DNA of 64,000 bases from Chrysemys picta bellii. Its lineage: Eukaryota. Location of the stretch: the NCBI RefSeq assembly GCF_011386835.1, contig NC_088802.1, positions 57,412,001 to 57,476,000 of the forward strand. Direction: 5' to 3'. Numbering within the stretch: position 1 is the stretch's first letter; each line of letters begins with the position of its first letter. The notes beneath the pieces are model-generated. The model was not told where the DNA came from. It searched no databases and worked only from the letters and a program-made list of their open reading frames with translations. Made by a program: the position numbers and the translations under genes. Below are positions 13,501 to 36,140 of the stretch, piece after piece.

Positions 13501-16500
13501 CTGTCTGGGACATGCACACAGCCAGAATGCACTTGGTGTTCTATAAGCTGTGGAGCTCTGATTCAACCACTTTGAATCCAACAGCTTGCCTGCAGTTATC
13601 GCAGACATGCTTTTGTCTTTATCAGACTTGTTTAATGTTAGCAGGTGACCCCAACACCACCCCCAGTCCTGAACTTCCCCAGACCTGTGTGCTCTGAAAT
13701 GTCCAGCCCTCTCCTGCAACATTCAGAGGAATAATAAGATCCTTTTGCTCCTTTAAGGAGACCAAACCCACCAGCTTGCCAAATTACCCAAAGTTCACAT
13801 TCACTGAAGTACAAACACAGTTGGTTTAGATTAATAGTAAAACAAGTTTATTAACAAAAGAAGACAGGATTTTAAGTGAGTTCAAGTGTAAGAGATAAAG
13901 TTAGAAATGGTTACAAGAAAATAAAAGTGAAAATACACATCTACAAGTCTAAAACTGAATCTAGCAAGGTTTGGTTCAAGGCATTGTTCAAGAAGCTTTT
14001 CTCACCCACCGTCTTCCACAGTGGCTGACCTTCTCGGTCAGGATCTCTTCCAGAGGCCCAAAGATGCTGATTTCTTTGGCAAGAGAGAACTTGAATTTTC
14101 TGCTCCTTTTCTTTTATAGTCCAGTGAACCTTTTAAATGGATTCTTCTGAAGGTTACCCCTCAAAGTAAAGTTTATTTAAGCGGTGAGGAGGTGACATGC
14201 AGCATTCAGTCTGGTGGTGAAGGAGACCCCATGTTTTGTTGTTGTTGGGTTTTTTGTTTTGTTTTAAAACCCTGCTCCTGTTTGCAGGAAACCAAACAAT
14301 TTGCATTTTTACCAATCCTCCCCGCCCCCCTTGAAGGTTCTGTTTACTACCTATATGTAAATTGAGGTAAGCACACATTGCTTTGTTTAGGGTAGGCCTG
14401 TTTAACAACTTTGGCCCTGGCAGGGCTATCTGGTTTTGAATAAGTAATATCATAAATGGGGAATTCATAACTTTATGTATAATGTGGCTACATATATTTT
14501 ACCATGATATTGACTAGTGAGTTATTTATTTTCAGACGATGCTTCACAAAATATATTTTGGACCAAGATTATTGCAGTAGTGTGTATAGTGCAGATACAG
14601 GGTGCTTCGAGTCCCAGCTCTATGAGCAGTTCCTCCCTGGGATGTCGGGACTGATTCTCCACTGGCACAGGCAGTGATGAGGAGGCTGAGATCAGATCTG
14701 GATTGGATTTGGGTCTCTCAAAACTGTCAAAACCAAAACCTTCCAAACTGTTCTTGGGTGTGTGTGGAAATCTTGTGAGAGATCTGTTTCAGGAAGACCT
14801 CATTTCACATCCCAGCTGGAACCTGGGCCTTTCCCAGTGTTTGGCTCCGGTCCAAGACCAAACTACAAGGTGGCCTGAGCTCCTGGGAGTTGACTCCAAC
14901 CCCCTTTCTTCAAAAATGTGGGGGAATTTGTATGCAAAGCTCTGGCTTCCTTTTTAAAGGCATTGCTGCTCAGTTGTGTTGGAGCCTCCCAGAAGAGTTG
15001 TGTTGGGGAAGGAGGAAGCTTTGTTTTCTCTTGCCAGTAGCTGGCTAGAGGGGCGTGTGCTATTCCCAATGCTGGGTGACTGCTGTATCTCAGGAATAAT
15101 AAGGTGCCAGAAATCCACTGGAATGACTCCTGCTACTTTGCAGGTGGATCACATGACACATCACATGGAGGCAAGTGAGCGCTCCATGCAGGAGAGAATC
15201 CAGAGGCTGGAAGCCATCCGGATTGGGCTGGAGGAGGTGAGAGCGAGTGGTCCGGGTGCCTGTGTGTCTGGGAGCCATTGGCTGTGGTGGAGTTGCAGTG
15301 GCAGGAACGTGCTGCCAATATTTTAACAAGGGGCTTCTACAAAATTTTCCACTGCTGGCCTGTGAGATTCCCTGTGTGCTGTGGGGCATGAGGGCTGGGG
15401 CAGAGATGAGAAGACAAGGGGACTGAGTCATCTGTTCATTTGATTTCCTATTTAAACAAAAACTCTTTCTACTGGATAGTGGTGGAGCGAGGTCAAACAC
15501 AGTCCTGGATCTGAAACTGGGTAAGATAGCAGGGCTTGGGCATGCAGTCAGGGGAATTAAACGTTGCCTGCAGCAGTGATGTATTTGCCTATGGGGTAAG
15601 GCCCATGGAGAACAGGTTTTTCAGCCCCCATGCCCCTCTTGGCTGTGGCTCCCTGGCTCTGGAACTATGTGTCTGGTGCATTCCCACCTGCACCTGAAGC
15701 TTGGTCTGTGAATCAAATGACTGACCCAGGCAGCCGCTAGGTGGGGAAAGCCTTTTGTTCCTTGCCCCTAAGGGAAAGGAGGTGGCTGCCTCACTTTTAG
15801 CCCTGTCCCATCCGTGGCCTGAAGCTGCATGGTAACATGGCTGGAATGTGTGTGTTTGTGATAGGAGCTGAGCCGAGTCAAAGCAGCAGCATTTGCTGAG
15901 CGAGGTCAGGCAGAGGAGGAGTTAATCAAAGTCCGGGGCCAGGCCAGGCTGGAAGAGGTAAGACCGTGACCCAGCTGCTGGGCCTGTCTCTGGAGGTGGG
16001 AGTGGATTTGTCTTTCCAGCATGTGTCTTTCTCCAATAACTGATCAGTAACTTGTTCTTCATCTTGTTATCCTAAGTATTGACTGACTCATGAGGGTGAG
16101 TAACCCTGAGATGTCTGCATCAAGCTATATTAGCACTTTCCATTCCAAGGTGTCTCAAAACCATCACCCCTGTTCCCAGCAGCCCAGCACCTTCCAACTT
16201 GTTACATACAGAATTAGTGGTTATGGTGTAATGGGGTGTCATTCTAACTGCTTATGCTCCTGGTCCTGGCAGACAAGTGGATCCCTTTGCTGCTATGTAT
16301 CAGCAGACTTCATGTGCTGCTGCAGTTCTCTGGGCTCAGTAGAGTTTTTCCCATATGGCTATTGCTGTTGGGCAAGAAATGTTACTTTCTAGACTTGAAG
16401 CGCGTGGAAACTGCAGTGAGACCCCCTGCACAAGGCTGGGGGGTTCCCCTTGTGTGGCATGTGAGGAGTCTTCCTCAAGACCCAGACCTTTTCTAGCACC

Positions 16501-18196
16501 TTACATCCCAAGCTAAAATGCTTTATGAGCTTATAAATACACCCCCCCACACACACACTTCACCACTGCACAAGTGCAGTGATGTCTGAGGTGGGATGCA
16601 GCAGCTGAATAACCAGATACAGCAGTGCTGCCCAGCCATTTAGGACAAGAAATGAGGAAGAATGCTGTGTCAAACTGAAATGAACCCAGGCGGGAGGATG
16701 TAAATACCAGGACTGGGGCTTGTCCAGGACTCTGGCGTTAACGGTCCTACCCCTGTGAAATGCCCATTGGGATCTTCAGTGGGTGGTTAGGGCCTTGCTT
16801 TTACATCTCCTCCAAAAGGCAGCCCTTCCACCAGAACATTGTCTCCATCATCAGAAAGAGGCACTGGTCCCTGTTCAATTCAAGGGAGGCGTGTCCCTTG
16901 GTGACTCCCTGCCACCACACACTGCAGAATTTCTGCTTCCCATCCAACACGTGCTAGGCCAGTCCCTGCTCGTGACCCTGGGCAGGAGGCAGAGGGGCTA
17001 CGCGCTTGTGTTTTACAGCAACAGCACCTGGATCACTTGGAAGAGAAGCTACGGCTGATGACACAGTCACGAGATGAAGCTCAGAACTACTGCCTTCAGC
17101 AGAAGCAGGCAGTGGGAGAGGCACAGGCCAAGGTCAGCCAGCTGACCCTGCAAACCGAAGGGTTCAAGAGGCGCGTGGAGGAACTACAACAGGTACTAGG
17201 GCAGGGGGAATTCTAGTCATTGATGCAGAGCTGTATGCTGCGGTTGCCGGTCTCTCATGTCCTGTGTATCTAGGACCTGAGCGGCAAGGAGCAGGAGAAG
17301 GTGGCTGAGGTGAACAAAGTGAGAGTGGAGCTGCAGGAGCAGATTGGACACCTGCAGGCTGAAAGGACAGTACAGGAAGGGCTGAAAGAGAAGATTGCTG
17401 CCCTGGAGAGGCAATTGAAAGGTGATGGACATGGGGGTTGGGGGACTATGTACAGCACCTTCCTTACAGACTGCAGGGAGTAGTATGAGGTGTCATGTCA
17501 TCTTAGTCCCGCCCCCAGGGTCTAGAGAGTTTGGGGCCGAATGGTACAGGCTACTACCCTTGACTATACCACCTCATATTCCTTTCCTGCCTTCCAGTTG
17601 CTCTACAGACAGTGATGAATTAACCTGCACAGGAGCCCCTGGAAGTGCCTTAGGATTCTTATCCCCATTTTACAGATGGGAGGCTGAGGCTCAGAAGTGA
17701 AGTGCCCTGCTTAAGTTCACACAGCAGGGGGAGGGGAATAGAACCCATGTCTCTTGACCCTCAATCCTGTGAGCATGATGCCACACCTGCACACAAATGT
17801 GCATCCCCCCCATCAGGGTCTTGTTGGGCCCACTAGGTAAAGCTAGAGGTAAAGGCCTCCAGCAGTCTGTGCTGTGTGTGTCTGTTACCACTCTGCCTCC
17901 ACAGGCATATTCCCACTACAGCAGGTTATTCCCTGGTACTGACCCCATGAGCCAAAGGACACACCCACTCCCTATGCTAACATGGTTCTTCTTGCACAGT
18001 GTTATCAAGTAACCACCGGGAGGCCCTGCTGGATAAAGAGAGTGAAATCTCTACTCTCCAGGAGAAGCTGAGGATGAAAGAGGCTGAGATCTCCAGGATG
18101 AGGGAAGAGGAGGCCCAACGAGCTAGTTTCCTGCAAAACGCCATCATGGCCTATGTGCAGGGCTCCACCCTTGGAGCCCTCAGCCCTAGGAAATGA
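1570..18196 (+). CDS. LRRC45: Leucine-rich repeat-containing protein 45 (centrosome linker/distal appendage protein), 17 coding exons, 674 aa
   Basis: Exons with GT-AG boundaries and consistent phase: 1570-1801, 3863-3924, 6564-6634, 6903-7081, 8412-8540, 9135-9247, 9846-9904, 10021-10098, 11927-12062, 12347-12424, 12630-12741, 12918-12988, 15144-15236, 15865-15957, 17019-17192, 17274-17421, 18000-18196 (2025 nt incl. TGA). Protein [21 protein letters not shown]...[20 protein letters not shown]...LTLEWNSLG...LDLRNNQI...[16 protein letters not shown], then coiled coil to ...[30 protein letters not shown]. Matches recalled human LRRC45; synteny with RAC3. Confidence 0.97.
2935..3225. mobile_element. 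Degraded palindromic Harbinger-like MITE
   Basis: Internal mirror gctaaaaatagcagtgt...ggctag/ctagcc...gctaatattt; resembles the recalled turtle GGGTATGTCTACAC-TIR family. Confidence 0.55.
3312..3420 (-). mobile_element. CR1 LINE 3' end fragment
   Basis: cataaga..ctgggtcagaccaaaggtccatctagcccag.. is nearly identical to the copy at 63311. Confidence 0.8.
4240..4730. mobile_element. Composite Harbinger-like MITE(s)
   Basis: TAA-GGCCTTGTCTACA start, GTGTAGACACTGCC-TA end, internal inverted repeat gtggacacactt/aagtgtgtccac. Confidence 0.6.
5148..5187 (-). ncRNA. Second hammerhead variant in the inverted arm
   Basis: Reverse complement of the plus copy with one change (stem II CCAT instead of CCAC, G-U tolerated). 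Confidence 0.6.
5836..5875 (+). ncRNA. Minimal type-I hammerhead ribozyme variant (Penelope-associated)
   Basis: GCA-T-CCGAAGA-A-GTGGGCTATAGTCCAC-GAA-AGCTT-A-TGC: stem I GCA/TGC, core CCGANGA (U4C variant), hairpin stem II, GAAA, palindromic AAGCTT stem III, predicted cleavage after UUA at 5872. Activity not shown. Confidence 0.65.
7141..7647. mobile_element. Non-autonomous hAT-type DNA transposon
   Basis: TIRs GTTCCCTCTAA (7141) and TTAGAGGGAACACTG (7633-7647) around a GC-rich low-complexity interior. Confidence 0.75.
11400..11690 (+). mobile_element. Old CR1 LINE 3' fragment
   Basis: aaattgaaaggcaacaaattt..aactgataaaa..tgttacacaatgtaaaatt..ttgcctcaag..gccaagagcttagtaggattccaaaaagg, a degenerate CR1 ORF2 end; contains a 16-bp tandem duplication. 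Confidence 0.55.
13401..14610 (-). mobile_element. Solo LTR (Gypsy/ERV-type) in LRRC45 intron 12
   Basis: Begins TGTCACG; reverse poly(A) signal (gtttatt, near 13847) and reverse TATA (cttttatagt, near 14111); about 1.2 kb with no ORF. Resembles recalled turtle LTRs; right end approximate. Confidence 0.6.
16495..16870 (-). mobile_element. DeuSINE (AmnSINE1-like) remnant
   Basis: aaatgcccattgggatcttc...gccttgcttttacatctcctccaaaaggcagc resembles the reverse complement of the recalled Deu-domain (tgccgtctttcggatgagacg..aaaccgagg..aaagatcccatggcact). Confidence 0.55.
17620..17765 (-). mobile_element. CORE-SINE (MIR-like)
   Basis: tatccccattttacagatgggaggctgaggctcagaagtgaagtgccctgcttaagttcacacagc is the MIR core; similar copies at about 24640, 27600, 38950 and 60990. 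Confidence 0.75.
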
Positions 18197-19253
18197 GCAT
18201 GTCCTAAGGAATCCCAGGTGCCTGCTCTCAGGAATAGGGGGGCGTGATCTGTGTGCAGCTCCTTTTTCCAGAACATGCCTGGTTTCTCAGGAGAGTGGTG
18301 TTACTCCTCTCTGAAGCACAAGGGGGTCACAGACACAGAATCCCTCAGGCCATTCAGAAATTCTGCTGCTGACAGAAATGAGGTCTGAAGAAAGCAACTA
18401 GCCAAGCTGGGGTAGGAATAGCCAGGACTGAGTTCTCCCACTTCACCGTGTTAGGCCCTGTCCACACTAGAGCTTGTAACAGTCTTTGAAACTGTTTTTA
18501 TGTCCTGTCACACAACATAAATCTATCTGTGTCTGCCCCACACACTGATACTAACCATGTTGTAGGGTCCTGGGAGAGACTGCAGCACTGATTTTGATGC
18601 CATGGCTGTTCACAAAAAAAGTGTTATCAACACTCGACAGGGGAACTGTCAAAAACAGCTTCCATGCTTGAGAGCCATCTGTGTCACTCTAGGCAAAGTA
18701 CAGTGAGCCCAGATACTACGGTGATGGGTAACACAGACATACTTGTAATAAATAAAATCAGCTACGCTGGCAGGTGACTGCAGAACCAGGCTGGATAATG
18801 AATTGTTAGCTGTGGCTGAAGCCCTACAGTCCTAGTTGATACTGAACAATAGGGAAGATCCTGTCCTTGCTCAGTATGAACCACTGCCTTAAACTGGAGC
18901 CTCTTTAACAAGACAGTGGCAGAGAACAGCATTTAATTCCATGTTGCGGGGGAGGGTCACACTGGATCCTACTAAAGAGACAAGCTGCAAAGAATGATCT
19001 CCTGGCTCCCCAAGGTCCCTGACCTGTGCAGTGCCTATTTCCTTGGCTTTGAACTGGTGGAGAGGGTGTGAGTTGTTTTCTTTCCCTGGCTATAGAATTT
19101 CAGAAAAGAATGTGTAGGAGATGGCGAATGATTTTATATTAATTAATTTTAATGCACATTTTTTAAACGAAGATGAAAGTGAAATATGTGCCCTTCTCTC
19201 TGGGCCTAGGGGTTGATTTGTTTTCATGGTTTGTTTCGCAGGGTTTATTTTAA

Positions 19254-19259
19254 AATAAA
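19254..19259 (+). terminator. Candidate LRRC45 poly(A) signal (proximal alternative at 18747-18756)
   Basis: AATAAA followed by U/GU-rich sequence (cttttgcattttgtt); overlapping AATAAATAAA at 18747-18756. Confidence 0.55.
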
Positions 19260-19702
19260 GAGCTTTTGCATTTTGTTATAACACTGAGCAATCATCAGTT
19301 GCATGCTTTAACAAATTTGGGAACCCTAATGTTTGTTTTTAACTGTTGTGTTGATCTCTGTGATGTGCTTTCTGCAGGGAGACCCTCTGGGGCTGGCCAA
19401 TAAACGGGGCAGCTGTATGGAGAACTAGTTGAGAGCAGCTAGAGGTTACAGAGATTTTGAGCACAGCTAAAAACAGAAGGGGTCTGGAATTAAACCCCCA
19501 GGGTGGTTGCTCAGCTCCAAGTCTTTCCTTGAGACCCAGGAGAGGCCCATGGACTGTAGCTGTACAGTAGCTGTAATTGAGTGAGAGGCCAGAGCCTCAG
19601 CTGCTCAAATGGAAAAACTGTTTTTTTAGAGTTCTCATAGATGAGCAGATTAAAGGAGAAGCCCTTTGTAGTGGGGGTGGCCTCCCCACATGATGCTTCT
19701 CA

Positions 19703-20007
19703 GGGTATGTCTACTCTGTAATAAAAGACCCATGGCCACGGCTGGCCAACTCAGCTGACTTGGGCTCATGGGACTCGGGCTGTGAGGTTAAACATTTCAG
19801 TGTAGATGCTCAGGTTCCGGCTGCCACCTGGGTTGTGAAACCCTGTGGTTGGGGGGAGGGGGCGGTTAGAGCCCAGGCTCCAGCATGAACCTGAATGTCT
19901 ATACTGTCGTTTTTAGCCTCACAGCCCAAGCCCTGTGAGCCCAAGTCAATTGACCTGGGCTCTGAAACTCCGTGCTGTGGGTTTTTTATTGAAGTGCAGA
20001 TGTACCC
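19703..20007. mobile_element. Harbinger-like MITE
   Basis: TIRs GGGTATGTCTAC / GCAGATGTACCC with TCA/TAA flanks; internally palindromic. A partial sister copy starts at 56906. Confidence 0.75.
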
Positions 20008-20589
20008 TAAGTTCTTGGCAGAATATTGTTGGATTTAGAGGAATCTAAAAGTCTCATCTGTGGCAGATTCTCACTCCTGCATCTTTGCTGCTGAGCACAA
20101 GATGGCTGGAACTTCTCCAGCCATGCACATTAGGGGGAAACTGCAGTAGCAGCTCCACACTGGAGGTTACATTGTCACTATCTTTTAAGGTTGCCTGACC
20201 CTTGAGGCCATTAGTAGCAAAACAGAGAATGAACCAGGCCAGCTGTGGTGCAACACCCCTACACTGTCCTCCCAAGCAGAATTAGAGGTAACTTTCTCTT
20301 CATTATCTGTTTGTCCTAAATTACTAGTAGTGATTGGTGGGCAATGGAAACCTTGAGGGGATTGGTGTATTGGAGAGGACTGGAGTGTTGGGGCTAAAGG
20401 GCAGGGCAAAACTAATCCAGCCTCTACATTCTGAGGTTCTCTTTCAAAATCCTGTGTGAATGATTCTCGTATCCTGGCCTCAGGCCACTAGCCTCCTAAC
20501 AAAGTGATCTCTTGTATTGCTCTCTCATGCCTGTAGAGCAGCGATTGTCAAACTTATTTGATCATGCCCCCCTTCTCGAGGCAAACCAG

Positions 20590-21200
20590 CAATGTTCTGT
20601 CACTCAGCACCATCAGTGGAATTAAGGCACCAGGTCCTGCCAGAGCTCCCGATTCCACCGTCGATTGTCACACCGATCTCCGTCTCGCAGCAGGTCCTGT
20701 TCCTGGCACTGGTCATTCCTGCACCAGTCAGCGTCCCCACACAGATCCTGATCTTGGTACCGCTCCAGATCATGGCACCGTGCCCCAGCCTCGCAACACC
20801 GTTCCCCAGCACCGCGGCACTGCTCCGTAGTCCAGTTCTGCGCGGCACCGCCCTGGCCATAGTGGTCCCTGTCTTTGGACTCAGAGATGGGGTCTAGATA
20901 CTCCAGAGGGGGGCTAGCACCGGTCGAGCCATGGAAGGCCTGAGGTGGGGGCAGGGCCATAGCCTTCACATTGGCAGGGACCAGCGCAGTGGCCATTTTG
21001 GACCCTAGGGGCATACCATGAGGCCCAGGGCACCCAACCCAAAAGTTCCCATTCGGCAACGTCTGAACCGTGGGTGCCAGAGGGGTCAGCCAGTTGCCCC
21101 ACCCCTCGGGTTGCTGAGGAGGTACCGGTTGCTCTACCTCCCCTTGAGCCAGCCCCAGGTCCTGACCCTGATCCAGGAAGGCACAGAGGTAGAGTTTGCA
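20590..21200 (+). mobile_element. Degenerate DIRS-like retrotransposon ORF1 fragment
   Basis: Plus frame gives interrupted Ser/Arg/His-rich repeats HRSPSRSRS...HRSPAPRH...APPWP*WS..SDS-like, resembling recalled turtle DIRS ORF1; in-frame stops present. Confidence 0.45.
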
Positions 21201-21559
21201 CTGGATTCTGAAAGGATCCATTTTCACTGGATGACTGAGGCCTGGTTCTGTGTTAGCACCTGAACTCCCCTGACTGGCTTGAGTTTGGCCCCAGCATCGT
21301 TGCACATCCCCACCCCTGCACTATCCACAGGAGCTAGTGCATGTCCCTCCTCCTGCCCTTTGGCTGGTGAGCTGCATCCGGCCCAAGGAGCCTGTGTGCA
21401 CCTAACTGGGGAGGGATGTTTCTGGCTGTGGAGGTTTGGGCTGATGTCCCAACACTGTCCTTATTGCAGATTTTTTGTAAATTTGGCCCGTAGAACTCAT
21501 TGCCACGTGATGGAGGGTGAGTGGCCCTGGGTGGGGTGTCCCCCTCTGCCCTGTGTTCA

Positions 21560-22560
21560 GCGCACAGGGACCAGAGCTGGGCTGGAGCTGCCCTGGACAG
21601 CGGGGGCGGGGCGGGGCTGGGCCCCATGGTGCTGAGTGTGGCCAGGGAGACCCTAGCAAGGGGCAGGAGGGGCAATGGGGGTGGAGCTGGGAGGGTGGGA
21701 CTGGCCCCATGGCGCTGGGTACGGCCGGGGGGACCCTGGCCGTGGGGGCACTGGGAGCAGAGCTGGGACGGCGGGGCTGGGTCCCCTGGTGCTGGGTGTG
21801 GGCGGGGGGACCCTCGCACGGGGGGCGCACTGGGAGTGGAGGTGGGAGGGTGGGGCTGAGCCCCATGGCGCTGGGTGTGGCCGGGGGGACCCTGGCGGGA
21901 GGCGGCACTGGGTCCCATGGCGCGAGGGGCAGCGGGGGAGACCCTGGCACGGGGTGGGGCGGGGGGCGTACTGGGGGTGGGGCTCGGAGGGCGGGGCTGG
22001 GCCCCATGGCGCTGGGGGTGGTCAGGGGGACCCTGGTGGGGGGGGGCACTGGGGGCGGAAGTGGGAGGGTGGGGCTGGACCCCATGGTGCTGGGTGTGGT
22101 CGGGGGGACCCTGGCGGGAGACAGCACTGGGTCCCATGGCGCGAGGGGGGGCTGGGGAGACCCTGGCACAGAGCGGGGCTGGACCCCATGGCGCTGGGGG
22201 CGGCGGGGGGACTGGGAGCAGAGCTGGGAGGGTGGGGCTGGGCCCCATGGCGCTGGGGGCGGCGGGGGGACCCTGGTGGGGGGGGCACTGGGGGCGGGGC
22301 TCGGAGGGCGGGGCTGGACCCCATGGCGCTGGGGGCGGCCGGGGGGATCCTGGTGGGGGGGCACTGGGGCCGGAGCGAGGAGGGCGGGGCTCGACCCCAT
22401 GGCGCTGGGGGCGGCGGGGGGACCCTGGCGGGGGCCGGAGCGAGGAGGGCGGGGCTGGGCCCCATGGCGCTGAGGGCGGCGGGGGGACCCTGGCGGGGGC
22501 CGGAGCGAGGAGGGCGGGGCTGGGCCCCATGGCGCTGGGGGCGGCCGGGGGGAGCCTAGC
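21560..22560. repeat. G-rich minisatellite upstream of RAC3 (about 65-bp unit, about 14 copies)
   Basis: Unit gggcggggctgggccccatggcgctgggggcggcggggggaccctggcgggggccggagcgagga; 65-nt period at 22382/22447/22512. Confidence 0.92.
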
Positions 22561-22716
22561 GCGGGGGCGGGGCGGGGGGCGCACTGGGGGCGGAGGCTGC
22601 AGCCGTCTTGGCTTCGGCTCCCCCCGCCGGGGCTCGGCTGCGCTCGGCTCGTCGCCCCGCCCGGCTCCGGCCCGTCACTGCGGCGGAATCGCAGAGGCGC
22701 CGCCATCCCGGGGCAG

Positions 22717-28352
<5,636 letters not shown>

Positions 28353-28888
28353 GGATGTTGGCAAGGTGCTGACTCAGCATGTCCTTGTCATCCTCCTCCA
28401 ACAGATTGAGTGTTCGCTGGGTTTTTCTGGAGGGGGCTGTGATGTGTGGGGCCCTTCATCTTGTACGAAGTCAGTGTTTTTTAAATGTCTCTTTGATTTA
28501 ACGTCAGTGTTGATGTGAAGGGGCAGTGGGGGCGGGAGGTTAGGTGGATGCTGTGCAGCCCCTAGGGGAGGAGCAGGGGGAGTGGCGGGGTAGCTCCCTG
28601 AGACAGTGAGGTGCAGTTCTCCTTAACTTCAAGTTGAAGAGGCTAAGACACCCATTCTGTGATGGAAACACCTCTGCTTGCAATGCACAGGGGGAGACAG
28701 GTGGGGAGAATCCCTAAGGGGGTGGGTAGGGACCACTGTGTGATAGTTTGTGAATGACAAGACCAGCTGGAAGGGTAGCAGGGCCTCCTCATCCCAGCAT
28801 ATTGCTGGTGATACTTAACTAACCGGCGCTCTAAGGAGATGTGCCAGAGGCTTATGGGAGTCAAATCACTAACTCCAGGAGTGGTGAA

Positions 28889-28894
28889 AATAAA
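28889..28894 (+). terminator. Candidate RAC3 poly(A) signal
   Basis: First AATAAA after the RAC3 stop; a second lies at 29306-29311. Confidence 0.55.
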
Positions 28895-28927
28895 CAGAAG
28901 ACAGAGGCTGAAGAAATAACGACTAGC

Positions 28928-28933
28928 TTTATT
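28928..28933 (-). terminator. Candidate DCXR poly(A) signal
   Basis: TTTATT on plus; the first minus-strand AATAAA I found downstream of the DCXR stop at 29577. Confidence 0.55.
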
Positions 28934-29576
28934 GAGTACTAATCACTAGTCAAGCTCAGTGAGTGAAACAGTCCTGTGCACTTAGTGCCTTTTAGGGCAC
29001 TACCTTGGACGCTGTGTCATGGCAGAAGGATGTTTAGCAGGGGGCCTCTCCTCCCCCATCCAGTCTCTGCAGAGCAGGGCTGACGTTGTTGCCTGTTTTT
29101 TCTATCAAAAGCCATAAAAGAGGCAGTGAGGAGTCTGGTAGCTACTCCCTCCCTTTCCTGCTGGGAGTATGGTGATGGGCTTTATCGGTTTGGATGGAGC
29201 AGGGAGAGCTTCTGAAGGGTTTTGGGGGGAGAGGGTCAGAACAAAGACAGGTCCTGTTTCTAATCATCATGTAGAGTGACAAGATAACACCTCTTATTTT
29301 GGTACAATAAACATTCTCCATGAAGGAGTGTGGAGGCTTTGTTCAGAGCAGAGAGCACAGCTTTTCTGAGGGAACAGCCATGTTTCCAACAGTGGAATGA
29401 CCTGCCACACTTTTTTGACAGGTCCCAACCCTGCTAATATCCATCTACCCCTCCCCTGATGGCTTGTGATCTGAGTCACTCACTGTCTCTCCATCATGTT
29501 TAGAATCACTTAGTAACAATAGCGTGAAAACTAAGGAATGATTCTCTCCTTGCGGTACCAACGCAGATCTATCATC

Positions 29577-34972
<5,396 letters not shown>

Positions 34973-35081
34973 TCCCGGCGGGCGGCGAGTGCAGGTCCCT
35001 GCCCCGGACACGGGACATCCCGGGGCGCCGCCTCCCGCCCCCCCCGCGCCTTAGCGCCACCCACCCCGGCCATGGGCCCAT

Positions 35082-36140
35082 GCAGCCGGCCTGGGGCGAT
35101 ACCATGTCATGGGGGGGGGTGCAGCCGGCCTGGGGCGATACCATGTCATGGGGGGGGGGGGGTACAGCCGGCCTGGGGCGATACCATGTCATGGGGGGGC
35201 AGCCGGCCTGGGGCGATACCATGTCATGGGGGGGGGGCAGAGCGAGGGGTGCAGCCGGCCTGGGGCGATACCATGTCATGGGGTGGGGCAGAGCGAGGGG
35301 GTGCAGCCGGCCTGGGGCGATACCATGCTATGGGCGGGGGGCAGAGCGAGGGGTGCAGCCGGCCTGGGGCGATACCATGTCATGGGGTGGGGCAGAGCGA
35401 GGGGGTGCAGCCGGCCTGGGGCGATACCATGCTATGGGCGGGGGGCAGAGCGAGGGGTGCAGCCGGCCTGGGGCGATACCATGTCATGGGGTGGGGCAGT
35501 GCGAAGGGGTGCAGCCAGCCTGGGGCAATACCATGTCATGGGGGGGGCAGAGTGAGGGGGGGCAGTTGGCCTGGGGCGATACCATGTCATGGGGGGGGCA
35601 GAGCGAGGGGGTGCAGCCGGCCTGGGGCGATACCATGTCATGGGGGGGGCAGAGCGAGGAGTGCCGCCGGCCTGGGGCGATACCATGCCATGGGGGGGGC
35701 AGAGCGAGGGGTTGTATCTGGCTTGGGGTGATACCTTGCCATGGGGGGGGGACAGAGCGAGGGGTTGTATCTGGCTTGGGTGATACCTTGCCATGGGGGC
35801 GGGCAGAGCGAGGGGGTGCAGCCAGTCCGGAGTGATATCGTGCCATGGGGGGGGGGGCAGAGTGAGGGGCAATACTGAGCCATGGTGGGGGTGGTGGGAG
35901 GGGGTACACCCAGCCCAGGGTGGTACTGTGCTGGTAGGGTTCATTGCCAGTGGCACAGCCAGCAAGGGGTGATACCACACCATGGTGGGGGGTGGGCAGA
36001 GTGAGGGGCGTGGCAGCCTGGGATGATACGGCATCATGGCAGGGGTGGGGGAAAGGGTGCAGCCAACCAAGGTGATTCTGCGCCATAAGGTGGGAGGGGG
36101 GGCAGAGCGAGGGGCACGGCAGCCTGGGGATACCATGCCT
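35082..36140. repeat. Minisatellite upstream of DCXR (about 47-bp unit)
   Basis: Unit gcagccggcctggggcgataccatgtcatggggggggcagagcgagggggt; homogeneous to about 35700, diverging beyond. Confidence 0.92.

Noticed and set aside
17612-17690. C/D-box snoRNA (GTGATGA ... CTGA)
   Set aside because: Lies in MIR-like SINE sequence, has no terminal stem and no recognisable rRNA antisense element.
19360-19410. Cryptic terminal exon (tttctgcag followed by AATAAA)
   Set aside because: Downstream of better LRRC45 poly(A) candidates, with no donor to pair with and no coding potential.
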